A DNA stretch of 44,202 nt from a virus (lineage: Duplodnaviria > Caudoviricetes). The notes below the pieces were generated by a model, which made no database searches, was not told the DNA's origin, and worked only from the letters and a program-made list of their open reading frames with translations. The stretch covers positions 1 through 44,202 of IMG/VR virus record IMGVR_UViG_3300016675_000235; one strand, given 5' to 3'. Each line of letters opens with the position of its first letter. Position 1 is the stretch's first letter. The translations under genes and the position numbers were made by a program. Shown here in pieces: positions 15,735 through 26,700 of the stretch.

Positions 15735-16346
15735 TTACTTTTTTTTCAATGAAACCAAATTGATTTTGATGTTTGCTGTAATCAACGGATCATTAAGATA
15801 CCTTGGCCTTGGCGTGTAGTCCACGTTTGCCATAAATCCGTTGCCCAGGTATGCAGCACCGATTTGGTAATCGAATTGGTTGGAGAATCCGCCACCGACA
15901 AAAATACCCTTTTGGATGATGGTTGTCTCCGCCGTTTTTTCGGTTGTGATCGTATTGGTGACTACCGGTATTCTGAAATCGGTCCGCAGGCTTGTTTTCC
16001 TTACCTCCCCGAGGACTTCTCCTTCAAAATAGGCATTTCCATACAAAAGCGGGAACGTGGCTGAAAACGCCTGGATTTTCGGCACATATCCCGGAGCAAG
16101 TATGGTGTCACGCAATACGGTATGCTTGATTTCAACCTTTGGCTTTTTGCCCAATGCTATTTCCAAGGAATCCGCATAATTGGATAGTGCGGAATATTCG
16201 GCCAACAAGGTTGAATCCACCCTTGTTTCTATTTTGGTGTGTTCCTTGTAAACAGTATCGACAACTGGATCCAATAAGAGTCTTGCAATCACAAACCCGG
16301 CGATCCCCCCGAGAATCAAAATAGCGATGTATGGGTAGTATTTCAT
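15735..16346 (-). CDS. Membrane-anchored lysis accessory protein (spanin-like position)
   Basis: N-terminal TM, C-terminal beta-strand GIFVGGG..YQIGAAY pattern; TAATG coupled to endolysin. Confidence 0.55.
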   Translation of the reverse strand: MKYYPYIAILILGGIAGFVIARLLLDPVVDTVYKEHTKIETRVDSTLLAEYSALSNYADSLEIALGKKPKVEIKHTVLRDTILAPGYVPKIQAFSATFPLLYGNAYFEGEVLGEVRKTSLRTDFRIPVVTNTITTEKTAETTIIQKGIFVGGGFSNQFDYQIGAAYLGNGFMANVDYTPRPRYLNDPLITANIKINLVSLKKK

Positions 16347-16717
16347 TACCATCTTGCTTTAGTACCACGGATATCATAATGAACCCAGGATGGGTATGCC
16401 TTTAATCCTCCCTGGGGGATTTTTCCTTCGGCAATCAATCTTTCGACAATTGCCGCAACTACGATTGGAGCCATGCCTTGCACCTTAAAATCCGCAGCAA
16501 TACCTTGCATGTGTGTAGAATTCGAGGCCCCGCCAACCGCACGGTTGTGCGCAGGTGATCGGTAGCCCGATGTAATTGAAATTGGTGCTTTGACCGTATC
16601 TCTAATGACTTGCAGGGCGGCAGCAAATCGGCGTAGATTTTCAATTATTTCGGGAGGAAATTCGGCACCGTCTTTGGATGCGAATTCACTCAGATTAAAA
16701 TTTTCCGTTAGTTTCAT
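16346..16717 (-). CDS. Endolysin, peptidase M15 family
   Basis: NFNLSEF, SGYRSPAHN..VGGA..S.H..G.AADF, WVHYDIRG zinc-binding motifs. Confidence 0.9.
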   Translation of the reverse strand: MKLTENFNLSEFASKDGAEFPPEIIENLRRFAAALQVIRDTVKAPISITSGYRSPAHNRAVGGASNSTHMQGIAADFKVQGMAPIVVAAIVERLIAEGKIPQGGLKAYPSWVHYDIRGTKARW

Positions 16718-17144
16718 CCTGTCCTATTTTTTCCTTTCGTTTCATTTCAAACTTGTCCAACAAATACTTGATCGGCTCCCATGGATAGATTTTGTATATG
16801 GTATTGAGTATGCCTACTCCAAGGAATCCCAAAAGTACGCTGTAAAATCCCGAATTTATCCAGTCAATCACTATTCCCGCCTCAATCTTGACCGATGCCA
16901 AATCAATGATACCCAAACAAATTACCGTCATTGTGGTGGCAAAGGTCTTTTTTCCAAACTCCGTCAAACCTTCAATTACGGTATAATTTTCCTTCACCAA
17001 GGCAAGAATTACCAATGTCAGGCCGTCCAGGATCAACAATAGCAGGATTGATACGATGAAATTCCAATCGTTGAAGACATACTTTTCAACGAAAAACACA
17101 ATTGGGGTAAAGGCTAGGGATTTGATCAAAGGAAAATCATTCAT
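16695..17144 (-). CDS. Holin
   Basis: 3-4 hydrophobic segments, charged C-terminus, directly upstream of endolysin; ATG 17144. Confidence 0.75.
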   Translation of the reverse strand: MNDFPLIKSLAFTPIVFFVEKYVFNDWNFIVSILLLLILDGLTLVILALVKENYTVIEGLTEFGKKTFATTMTVICLGIIDLASVKIEAGIVIDWINSGFYSVLLGFLGVGILNTIYKIYPWEPIKYLLDKFEMKRKEKIGQDETNGKF

Positions 17145-17163
17145 GGAATTGTGGTTTAACGAC

Positions 17164-17192
17164 AAAAGGGCTACCGTTGCCGATAGCCCTTT
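17164..17192 (-). terminator. Hairpin/terminator upstream of lysis cassette
   Basis: AAAGGGCTATCG-GCAA-CGGTAGCCCTTTTG on the minus strand. Confidence 0.6.
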
Positions 17193-17245
17193 GGGGTATT
17201 ATTTATGAATGTAAATTAATAATTATTTATTCATCAAACCAAATT

Positions 17246-17680
17246 TTAATTTGATTTTGCGGTTTGGTTTTCAGAGCTTTCCTCCTCCTGCAAATCCTCT
17301 TTGATAAATTTCGAAATCATTTGAGCAATCGGTATCCTGATCATTCCGGTATTGTTCAGATCAAGCCACCTCATAGCCTCTCTCAGATCATTGCTGTTCA
17401 TTGCTACTGGTGGATTTTTCAATCTGAATTTTTCAATAATCGGATCGGCCACGGCACCGATAAAATTGTTGTGCATAAAATCATGCACTTGCTTGGCTTG
17501 CTTTTCATCCAAGTCCAGCCTGAAACTCTTTGGTTTTTGCGCTAGCCGTTGGAGTCTTGCCGCTCCTACCATTGCCGGCAGCTCTTTCCTTGGAGTTTTG
17601 TTTTCTGTCTCCTCGCTAAAAGGCAGATTTTCCCTTTCGGCTGACTCCTGAATAACTGGTTTTTTTTGGTCTTTTTTCAT
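17246..17680 (-). CDS. Hypothetical protein
   Basis: 144 aa between tail genes and lysis cassette. Confidence 0.65.
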   Translation of the reverse strand: MKKDQKKPVIQESAERENLPFSEETENKTPRKELPAMVGAARLQRLAQKPKSFRLDLDEKQAKQVHDFMHNNFIGAVADPIIEKFRLKNPPVAMNSNDLREAMRWLDLNNTGMIRIPIAQMISKFIKEDLQEEESSENQTAKSN

Positions 17681-17746
17681 GATCTTTTTTTTTCGGTTAA
17701 TATAATAGATTTTTTGCTTGGCTTGACATGGTTTGTATGATTTTAG

Positions 17747-19501
17747 TTAAACGATTGGCTCTGATGGTATTCTAAATACTCTAGTCCCTGTAGATGGTGG
17801 TGGTGTGAATGGTTCAAATACCGCTTCGAGTGTCACGTTTTCTGAGGGCATGAGATAATTAAAATTAGCCACAAGCGAAACGGTAGAATCATTGCTAACT
17901 CTGCGCCAACGGACAAAGCGAAAGCCTGTGTTTGCCGTTGCAATCAAATTTACTACTGCGCTAGGTATGTATTCACCGCCCGAAGTATTGACCGTCCCGC
18001 CTATTACAGCCTGTACAGTTAGTGTATTGGTTGGATTTTCAAGTAGGTCTATCTCTCCCGTCACATGGAAATAAAGAACTCTGTACACATTATGAATCAC
18101 ATCATTATCATAGTCAACTGATCCACCATATTGTGAAAGTTGAATGCCCTGTGGCCCTTTTCCAAAAATGATGTATCGCTCTGGATTGGCTATTTTTGTA
18201 CTTGCAGTCGTGTAGTCATATGATGTTGATAGTGCATACTTTGTGGTAAACCAAGATGGGAGCCTATGCGGTAGCGGCCCCGATAGTATTGTTTCCGAAC
18301 CGACATTTAAATCTGGATAACCGCCAACGTCTGATGGCCTATCAATTAACCCTAAAATGCCCGATACAGAGCCTCTTTTTGTGACTGGTAATGGTGGATT
18401 GTTAAGATTTGTAAGGTCTGGATTTGTAAGGTATGTTATCCACTCGTTGATTAATCTTTGGTCAACAACATCTCTCCTATGAGGGCCGCATTTTGACTGG
18501 ATAATCAAGTCAGATTGAGCTACTGTTTCGTCAAAGTCATAAGTCCATCCGATTGAAAAAGGAGTATTTTTTACAACCGTGTCACGCCAAAGCGTAGTGT
18601 TTGTACCGTTTGATCCTGCTATCCCTTGTTTTTGACTCTCGACATCTGCGGCAATTGTCGGCCTATTTCTGAGCACATTACCAAAAGGATAGACCCCAGG
18701 CAAATTAGATTCCTCAGACCCAATAAATCTCAAAAACTGTTGTGTGATGCCAGATACGTTTGTTGCGTTGGTTGGGGTGTAACTGTTTTTTATCAAATTC
18801 AACATTTTTACCGTATCACCAAGATATGATGGGCGAAACACCCAATTGAAAAGTGCATTATTTCTAAAGTCCAACAATCCGTCTGCGAGGTTTCTTGGAT
18901 TTTGGAATAATGGGTGCCGATCCCATCCGCTCGAAAAAAAGTTGTGATGAAATGCAATATTCTTTGCCCCCCATAAACCACAAAAGCCATGAACACCTTT
19001 TGAGTGTCCCGCGTCGTGCATTGGCTCGGCAATAATGCAATATTGAACAATTGCGTTTTGGGCGGCAAGTGAAAGTGTCTCATCATTTCCCCAAGTAAAC
19101 GAGCTATGATCTATGATAAAATCAGAATTGTCCAATCCCCCAGATTGAGCAACTGCCGAAAATGCATCGCCTTCACTTGTGGTAACGCCACGCCTTACTT
19201 TTAAGTCACGAACTATAAAATTGTTGACACCCGCAAATGCAATTTGGCCGTCGCGTAGCGCAAAACCTCCATTAGGAGCCAAAGCGCCCAAAAATTCAAA
19301 TCCTCCCCGAGTTGTACCTGTGACTGTAAAGTTTGGTATTGATTCATAACCAGATACAATCGGAATGATAATTCTTTCCCCTGTTTGGAGAAAAGCATTT
19401 TGAGCCGTTGTGGTTGAATCAACGAATATTACACGCCCGTCATTTGCCGCATTAATGTTTTGGCTTGGCCCGTTAGCTGTTGGAAATGGTCTATATGGCA
19501 T
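17747..19501 (-). CDS. PL1 pectate-lyase-like beta-helix protein with C-terminal bacterial repeat domain; candidate depolymerase
   Basis: IIDHSSFTWGNDETLS, H.KG.H..GLWG, FHHN..RHP, DFRNN..FNW, IDRPSDVGGYP.L; C-terminal A.ANTGFRFVRW..MP.ENVTLEAVF. Confidence 0.85.
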   Translation of the reverse strand: MPYRPFPTANGPSQNINAANDGRVIFVDSTTTAQNAFLQTGERIIIPIVSGYESIPNFTVTGTTRGGFEFLGALAPNGGFALRDGQIAFAGVNNFIVRDLKVRRGVTTSEGDAFSAVAQSGGLDNSDFIIDHSSFTWGNDETLSLAAQNAIVQYCIIAEPMHDAGHSKGVHGFCGLWGAKNIAFHHNFFSSGWDRHPLFQNPRNLADGLLDFRNNALFNWVFRPSYLGDTVKMLNLIKNSYTPTNATNVSGITQQFLRFIGSEESNLPGVYPFGNVLRNRPTIAADVESQKQGIAGSNGTNTTLWRDTVVKNTPFSIGWTYDFDETVAQSDLIIQSKCGPHRRDVVDQRLINEWITYLTNPDLTNLNNPPLPVTKRGSVSGILGLIDRPSDVGGYPDLNVGSETILSGPLPHRLPSWFTTKYALSTSYDYTTASTKIANPERYIIFGKGPQGIQLSQYGGSVDYDNDVIHNVYRVLYFHVTGEIDLLENPTNTLTVQAVIGGTVNTSGGEYIPSAVVNLIATANTGFRFVRWRRVSNDSTVSLVANFNYLMPSENVTLEAVFEPFTPPPSTGTRVFRIPSEPIV

Positions 19502-19504
19502 GAT

Positions 19505-22500
19505 TTACGCCCCCCATGCGTTTGCTAGTGCTTGGCCATCAGCTTCAGGCACATCCCTATTGAACAATAACAGCCTATTTCGCTCACTTGGCCTTCCTGC
19601 CGATGCCGTAGCGGAGTCAGCATTGAGCCTGTAGGCATTGTTGCCCAAAGCAGCATTGATTAACCCCCCGTTGGTGATAGATGCTATTGATGCCCACCCT
19701 AGTGACTTTGGCGTACATTGCCTGTATATATTGACATGAGTTACCGACCCGACACGCCTAACCCTTAACATAAAAAAGTACATCGTATTGTCATTGGCAA
19801 TTACCTCAGTAGATGTAGTAGTGGCTGTAAATGAAGTTCTAGCGGCATTTCCGCACTGAAAACTTATCACTCTTGTGCTTAAAAGCCGAAAATTAAACCC
19901 ACGTCTGTTAACCCCGTCATCTGTTGATGTGGCTAGAATAGGTCTTGCAAGGTTGTCGGCTCCCCCATCCCAAGACATAAATGCGATGATTGTAAAGTTT
20001 TCCGTGATGCTATCGTGGAGCCTTTGCATTAAGGCAAAATCGAGCCTTGATCTAACCGAGAAGTTACCACTGCCACCTACATCAGTCTGTCTGAATACAA
20101 ACTTCCCGCCCCTCAACACATAAGAGGTTCCCGCCGTTGGGTTTTGCAGTGTGGTATCAACATCATTAGAATAAATGGATGTATTAACAATTGAATTTGT
20201 ATCAATCGGACTTGAGTTTTCGTCAAAGTTCAATTGCACCAAAAGACTGAAATCAGGCTTGGTCGTATCCTCGTTGCCATTGGTAATGTTTTTTATCGAG
20301 CAGATGACAATGTTTTTTGGCGGGAAAGGCGTGCCATCATCCCAATACTTGTGGAATGTGAATGTGAGCCGATTCAAGTTGTTTACACCTGTCAGGTATG
20401 AATCTCCTGTGACAAACAACCAAGTGGGTCTTGTTCCCCATTCTTGCCATCCAACTATTTCAACCACTTCTGTATAATCAGATATTAGTCCATTAGCCAC
20501 TCCATTATATCTCCAAGCTGACGTGCTGCCAGTGTAATAATAATGTGACCCATTTACCTGAGAACCTTGGCCTGCTAGCATAGCGGCCTGATTATCGTAT
20601 ATAGAAAGAGGGGAGATAGGTTTTGCGGCAACCAAAATATTTGGTGTTAAAGAAGCGCAGTGATATACTATCCTTTGGTTTTTATCCCTCCCGTTTGTCC
20701 TATCAACCGACAAAAAATGATAAATTGGATCGGTTTCGCTTCCGTGCTCCCCGCTTGATGCAAATGAAACGGTAAAGGCTGTGAATCTGTCCAAAATAGA
20801 CTGTATAGTAGCTACCCCCGCCGATACATTGAACTGATTTGCGTTGGTTTCGGCAACTTCTTCTCCTATTTTTTCCTCCACCTCACTCCTCTTCAACAAC
20901 TTATTCCCAGCACTTGCTGTCCCCTCATGCACCGGCTTCGATACCAAAAAAGCGTCCGTATTAACTCCGTCGATTGGCTCTAAGGCCACTACCTCCTGCC
21001 CTTCCGAGGTTTGCATACTGACTTCAAGACCTTTTAAATCACCAATCTCAAACTGCCATGACTCATTGAACCTTAGCCCCCATTGGACACCATCTATGGT
21101 TAGATAGTTGTATCCCATATTGAAAGTAAATAGTCCATTTGCGCCGCCAGCGCCCCCGGTCATAGCGATCATACTGGTATCGGCAAACATACCGTTACCA
21201 CCGCTCTGCATCAGGGCTGTCCCGTTACCTACCACCAACAGATCGCTGGAATTAGACGGATCAAACACTAAACCGTTTGTCCTATCGAAGCTGAACCTAA
21301 CAGCCCCATCAATCACCCAACTATGCGCCCCACTCAAAAATTGGTAGAAATCATCCGCAAAACCCATCTGATAAAGCGGCGTGCTTGGCGTGAATGTCAA
21401 ATAGGCAGCATACGGATCTCCCGCTACTATCGCAGCATCCACGTAGGCTTTATCCACCAACGACCGTGCTGTGAAGTTGGCTGAGTAGTCGGCATCATAA
21501 GCCAACCCAGCCTGATTAATTGAATCTCGGAATACCGATGTAACCACCCCAAGATTGTTTTCAATCCTGATTCCAACCGTCCCAAGGCCGTCAAAGTATT
21601 CAAAAAGAAAAGTGTCCTCTATACCCAAGGCATTTGTTAGCAGAGAGGATGAAATTAACCCAGCTCTTGAATTTATCTGTGTGTTCAATGCTGCGTTTGA
21701 TAGCAACTGATCAACACCGGAAAAGGAGGAAAACTCAGCCCCTGCTGTGACTGTATCGCTCCCGTCAATAACCTCACTGGAGTACTGAAAGACCTTCTCA
21801 AGTGCCGAGTCAATGAAGGTAAGCGTATTTCCATCTCCCAATATAATCCTTCCCTCTCCGTCCACACCGAGCCCGGCTCCCGCCAATGCTGATCCATTGA
21901 TATCGCTGATTTTTGCGGCCTTGTCGCCTGGGGTTGTACCCCCTATGTAGCTTTGTTCCTCTAGGATTAAATTTGCGGTACCACGGTCAAAAAAACTGGT
22001 TGTTTTCAGTGTTCTTTGGAAAATTAGATTTGTAGGATCAAACCAACCAACCAAAGAGTTAATGATTGCTCCTGTAAACAAAGCTGTGGCTCTTCCAGTT
22101 GTTGCAGATGATCCACCAAGAAATATACCTGAATTCTCTATGAACGGGGTCATAAAAGAAGTCATGTTTCCTGATGCAGCTATGGTTGTTGTTCCTATTT
22201 GACTTTTTGACCAAATACAATAAAGTGGTCCATATATAGTAGAAGATATTACATGGTCGTGCAACGTGGAATTATGGAGCCGCCCAAAAAACGATGATTG
22301 GACTTCCCTTTCAAGCGTGGTCCAAACAAAATCCTGGGAGAACATATTGTTGAACGACTCTGATCCAATTTTTGAACCCCAGCAAACCGCCTGGAACGTC
22401 ATGTTGTACGATCCGTGATCTATACGTGAATTTCTTGCCGATCCAATAAAAAGGATGTTGTTTCCTGTGTTTACCGCAGATTGATCCTCCAGGGAAATGT

Positions 22501-23476
22501 TCTCCGCCGTAGATGAAAATGTCCTCCTATCGACAAAGCTGTTTGAATCTACCAAGTATGAAAGCCCGTCTCCGATGTTCCATGTTGTTGAAACAGGGCT
22601 GACCTGCTGTCCAACAACATCAAGTCCAAAGGACCTGTAATTCATGAATACAAAAGCATCCCGAACAAGGCAATTGGTGATGATACCGGATGTGTTCGCA
22701 AGCTCATTGGCGGTCCATGCCGCCCCGTTGTGTTTCAGTAAAGGCTTGGTGATTGATCCAGTCCCTTTTCTGATCGTCAACGTCAGCTCTCCCGCAGCAT
22801 GGGTTATTGCCCCAACTTGGGCGTGAATCCTTCTGTTGGCATTGAAATAGGTCAACGAAAGGTTTGCCCCGCCGATGGTAAATGTCAACAAACAATCCAA
22901 GGTTGATGAAGTCAATGTAGTCATGGACTCCTGCTGCTTGGCAGTTACCAACCACCTCCTGAACCTTACTTCCCGCCAGTCATAGTAAGCCGAAACATTG
23001 TTTGCGGTATCCCACCTGTATATGATCCTACCATTGCGTGGCGTTGTTCCATCCTCGCAAAGGTTGTTGTTGAAATCGTAGTGGATAATATCATTCGGGT
23101 TTGACGGGCTGTATGCGCTCCGTTCAAAAGCGTTTGCCGTTTGTGCGACGACTACAATAGGCTCCGCATCAGCCGTAAAGATTACCGATGTATTATGAAT
23201 CCTGTGTTTTGTGGCAAAGTCCGTGATACGGTATCCCTGTCCTTTTTTGAGGCCGTTTCCTGATACCAATGTCGCCAAGGCAGAATATGTGATGTCGATC
23301 ACGTTCTGGATATACCTCGAATCGTTGTAGGACCTTCTTCCAACCTGCTTGTCACCGTTGGAATTATCCTCGGGGTCGGATTCCATTCGGATACGCTTAC
23401 CTATTCCAAGGTGTATCGCATCCAATGGATCGGTCACGTTGTAGCCTACTCTAGCGTGTTTGTTTTTCTTTGCCAT
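19505..23476 (-). CDS. Long tail fibre / receptor-binding protein
   Basis: 1323 aa; ITYSAL..L..GQ.YRITDF and YYDWREVRFRRW fibre motifs, beta-helix-like repeats, DKAYVDAAI trimer neck, C-terminal LamG-like domain. Confidence 0.75.
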   Translation of the reverse strand: MAKKNKHARVGYNVTDPLDAIHLGIGKRIRMESDPEDNSNGDKQVGRRSYNDSRYIQNVIDITYSALATLVSGNGLKKGQGYRITDFATKHRIHNTSVIFTADAEPIVVVAQTANAFERSAYSPSNPNDIIHYDFNNNLCEDGTTPRNGRIIYRWDTANNVSAYYDWREVRFRRWLVTAKQQESMTTLTSSTLDCLLTFTIGGANLSLTYFNANRRIHAQVGAITHAAGELTLTIRKGTGSITKPLLKHNGAAWTANELANTSGIITNCLVRDAFVFMNYRSFGLDVVGQQVSPVSTTWNIGDGLSYLVDSNSFVDRRTFSSTAENISLEDQSAVNTGNNILFIGSARNSRIDHGSYNMTFQAVCWGSKIGSESFNNMFSQDFVWTTLEREVQSSFFGRLHNSTLHDHVISSTIYGPLYCIWSKSQIGTTTIAASGNMTSFMTPFIENSGIFLGGSSATTGRATALFTGAIINSLVGWFDPTNLIFQRTLKTTSFFDRGTANLILEEQSYIGGTTPGDKAAKISDINGSALAGAGLGVDGEGRIILGDGNTLTFIDSALEKVFQYSSEVIDGSDTVTAGAEFSSFSGVDQLLSNAALNTQINSRAGLISSSLLTNALGIEDTFLFEYFDGLGTVGIRIENNLGVVTSVFRDSINQAGLAYDADYSANFTARSLVDKAYVDAAIVAGDPYAAYLTFTPSTPLYQMGFADDFYQFLSGAHSWVIDGAVRFSFDRTNGLVFDPSNSSDLLVVGNGTALMQSGGNGMFADTSMIAMTGGAGGANGLFTFNMGYNYLTIDGVQWGLRFNESWQFEIGDLKGLEVSMQTSEGQEVVALEPIDGVNTDAFLVSKPVHEGTASAGNKLLKRSEVEEKIGEEVAETNANQFNVSAGVATIQSILDRFTAFTVSFASSGEHGSETDPIYHFLSVDRTNGRDKNQRIVYHCASLTPNILVAAKPISPLSIYDNQAAMLAGQGSQVNGSHYYYTGSTSAWRYNGVANGLISDYTEVVEIVGWQEWGTRPTWLFVTGDSYLTGVNNLNRLTFTFHKYWDDGTPFPPKNIVICSIKNITNGNEDTTKPDFSLLVQLNFDENSSPIDTNSIVNTSIYSNDVDTTLQNPTAGTSYVLRGGKFVFRQTDVGGSGNFSVRSRLDFALMQRLHDSITENFTIIAFMSWDGGADNLARPILATSTDDGVNRRGFNFRLLSTRVISFQCGNAARTSFTATTTSTEVIANDNTMYFFMLRVRRVGSVTHVNIYRQCTPKSLGWASIASITNGGLINAALGNNAYRLNADSATASAGRPSERNRLLLFNRDVPEADGQALANAWGA

Positions 23477-23477
23477 C

Positions 23478-23726
23478 TCAGTTCAGTACTATATAAATTG
23501 CCACAAATGGAGACTCTTGCCTAATCCTGATATCCAGCGTCGAGGTATCTACAAACACCTCCACCGAAATCATGTGCCCTACACTGTCATACACCTGCAC
23601 GTTTGGAATAGAATTCAATCCGTGCTGGGCCTGACTTATAATTGTTTCGGCCTGCGATGGGGAAAAAAACACTTGCTGTCTTTCCGCCTTTGGTCCGCAA
23701 CATGGATTCAACATTATAAGTCCCAT
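23478..23726 (-). CDS. Small tail-associated protein (HxLxxxPxVxV domain)
   Basis: QHGLNSIPNVQVYD matches two repeats at the C-terminus of the upstream gene. Confidence 0.65.
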   Translation of the reverse strand: MGLIMLNPCCGPKAERQQVFFSPSQAETIISQAQHGLNSIPNVQVYDSVGHMISVEVFVDTSTLDIRIRQESPFVAIYIVLN

Positions 23727-23728
23727 AC

Positions 23729-26700
23729 CTATCTCAAATAAACCCGATATCCAACCGGAGTATCGAAATCCAATGCAATTCTGTTCAAATCAAATCCACC
23801 TCCCGAAGGGATCAATCTTACACCTACCTCAATTTCAAACCCGGCAAGGCTTGTGACAAACACCGACGGTATCTTGCCCAAATTATGGGTAATTGTTCTG
23901 GTGCTTTCAGGAACACCCTCATACACAAAGAAAGCACAATCTCCCCTGGAATTGAAGTATGCCCGATAATTTATTGGGTCCTCAAATGTCAAAAGCATTT
24001 GGTTTAGGTTAACTACCCCATCCTCAATAACCAACTGAACCCCGCAATCAATCAAATTACCGTTTTCATCGGTAACAAAAACCGACGGGACCTTGCCCAG
24101 GTTGTGTGTAACCAATCTCGATTCCTCTGCGGTACCCACATAAACAAACTCCTCGCATTCATTATCCCCGCAGTCCTCGCACTCACACAACGATACCTGC
24201 GCATCCTGCATGGCGTAAAGATACCTTGCAGAACAATTGAACCTCCTTTTGATGGCTTGGTAGCGGTACTCGATATCGGTATCCAAAAGCTGGATTTGGC
24301 CGTTTTTGTGGTAGTTGGTGCCTGACATGATCAACCGATAGGCATACATGCTTCCCCATTGAATGTAAATCCGTGGGTCATACAGAAAATCGGTCTTTAT
24401 GCTCTCGTTGAACAACGTGTAATTGATCGTATTGTCATCCCGGTACCCCTTCAACTGAATGTTGACCGGAAGGTATTGTTCGACCGTTGGCTGTACGGGC
24501 TGTCTCAGCGCCATCCTCACAAATGATGTGAACATACGCTTGTAAACATAAGGCTGCTGGAATTGTATCAACCTTGTTTGCAGCGACCACGCTACCGGGC
24601 TTTCTACGTCCTTATCCGAAAAATCCTTGATGGTATTGTCTAAAGTCATCCCAAGCAGCTCGGGATAATCGTAGAAGAAGAATTTGAAACGCTCCGTGGC
24701 CTTGTACCAAACCTTGTATTTCAACGAGTAGCAAAGTGAATAGTCGTAGAACGGATTGGAGAAAATCACTTCCTCGTAGTCGGTTGCCCGATGGTATCCA
24801 ATCCTGATCTGTTTGAGATATTCCTTGTATTGTGGATCGTTGGCGATAGCCTCGTCAAGGCGAACAGTGTCAAGCCCCGCCATGGCGTAGATGTATTTGT
24901 TGTCACACGCCACAATAAGGGTTCCGGCATTAGTGATGGCATAGGTATTGTTTACCCCATTGAAGTTGCTTACGGGAGAAATACGGCCAAAGGCTATTGT
25001 TGGATCTCCTGTTTGCTCCAAGGCCCAAACACCCTTGTCCGAAAAGGCATAGACCGGGTATTGCCCCGCCTGCCCCTCCGATGTAGGGTTGAGGTTTATG
25101 CCAAACGCCAATATGGTATCACGCTCCCGATTCCCTACCCTGTATGTCGCCAAAGCGTCGAAGTAAAAAGGATTTCCCGAAAAGGAAGCCTGAATCCTGT
25201 TTCTTACCCACTGCTGGATGTCGTTAAGGGATAGGTCAGGCTCGGTTGTCAATGCCGTGGACGTTCCAAGGGTGTATGTCACCTCCGCTTCATCAATAAG
25301 CGCATAGGCATAATTTGAACTTGGGTGGGCCACAAGTTTTTTATCGAAGGCCACTTCATAATCCGAACCGTTTTTCACGATGAACTGCAGCCTTGTCGCC
25401 CGCCTGTCTGGATACCAAAATGTTCTCCCGCCAAGAGTCACCTCCGTAATCGAATCCAATATAGTCCGCTTTTTGATTCGGTAGTATGTGCCTGCGTCGG
25501 TTTTGATTGTGACCACTTGGAATGAAGCATTACCCAATAAAGTAGTGCCTCCCCCGCCTTCCTCCACGGTGACTTCCCCAAAAACAAAATAGGGCACCTC
25601 TACTGTATTGTCAATCGGATTGACTGCGCCTGGGCTTACCCTAACGGTGATAACCTCGTCAGCCGGGCTTCCGATCGGGCCAATGTCGATCCTTATGATC
25701 ATGTAGGCTCCGTCGGCCAAACTAGCCGATCCAAAGGTGCTTTCGATTTGAGTGATGCTTAATTCGATTTCCCCGTCAATGTTGATTTGGGCAATGTACG
25801 TGGCGTTTGGTAGGTTTATCAATCCTCCCGGCGGGTTAATGTCCTGCGATCCGGGAAAGCTTTCAACGATTTCTATGTCCTTGAACTCCCGGCCAGCCAA
25901 TGGCTGGAAGCTTGCCGACCAATTCTGGGTGAATGTTTCATAGTCCCAAAGCTCTACCTCGGGGTCGATTACATTTCCGGCAGAATCATAGTAATTGGTC
26001 GTTTTGAAGTAGTTTCCGGTCAAAAAATCAAGGTAATTGGTATATGGGCCGCCGTCTGGGTCAAATCCTCCCGTCACGCCAAGGTCGGGCAGCGCAAAGT
26101 CAACGGATGATCCGCCAAGCAATAACCTTGCATTATATGTGTCAACCACACGGGCCGAAAACCTGTGGTGGCTGAAACTGTCAATGTTCAATGTCCTGAA
26201 TGTGGCCCATTTTACCGATGGCGAATCCACCTCGAATATGTTTGGATCGGTAGCCGTCGGCCATTGATCGGATGGCAATTTGTCCACCCATGGGAAAAAT
26301 CCAACCTCATACCATACTCCGTCATCCAGCGTCTCCTTTTCGGATGTTTTAGGCAGCGTACAGAACAGGGCGACTCCCGAAATAAGGCCCTCCCAAAATC
26401 CAAGATTCGGCAATGGTGTTTCGTATCCCAAATGCTCAAATTTAACCGTCACAAACTCCGTTTCCAAGCCTTGGACAACCCGTATCAGGTTGAATTTTGA
26501 ATGCCTCACGTAGGAGCCGTCAAACAACCTGAATGCCCAACAAATCATGAACGATTGGTCCTGATCTGTTTTTCGCTGTATCCCCGTTGTATCCCCGGCC
26601 AATATCTCAGGCTCGGTATAGGTGTTGGTAAGTACCGTGTAGCCTATTTTCGGCATGATGGGCCATCCCTGCTCAATGAATAGATCATCAATGAGGTAGT

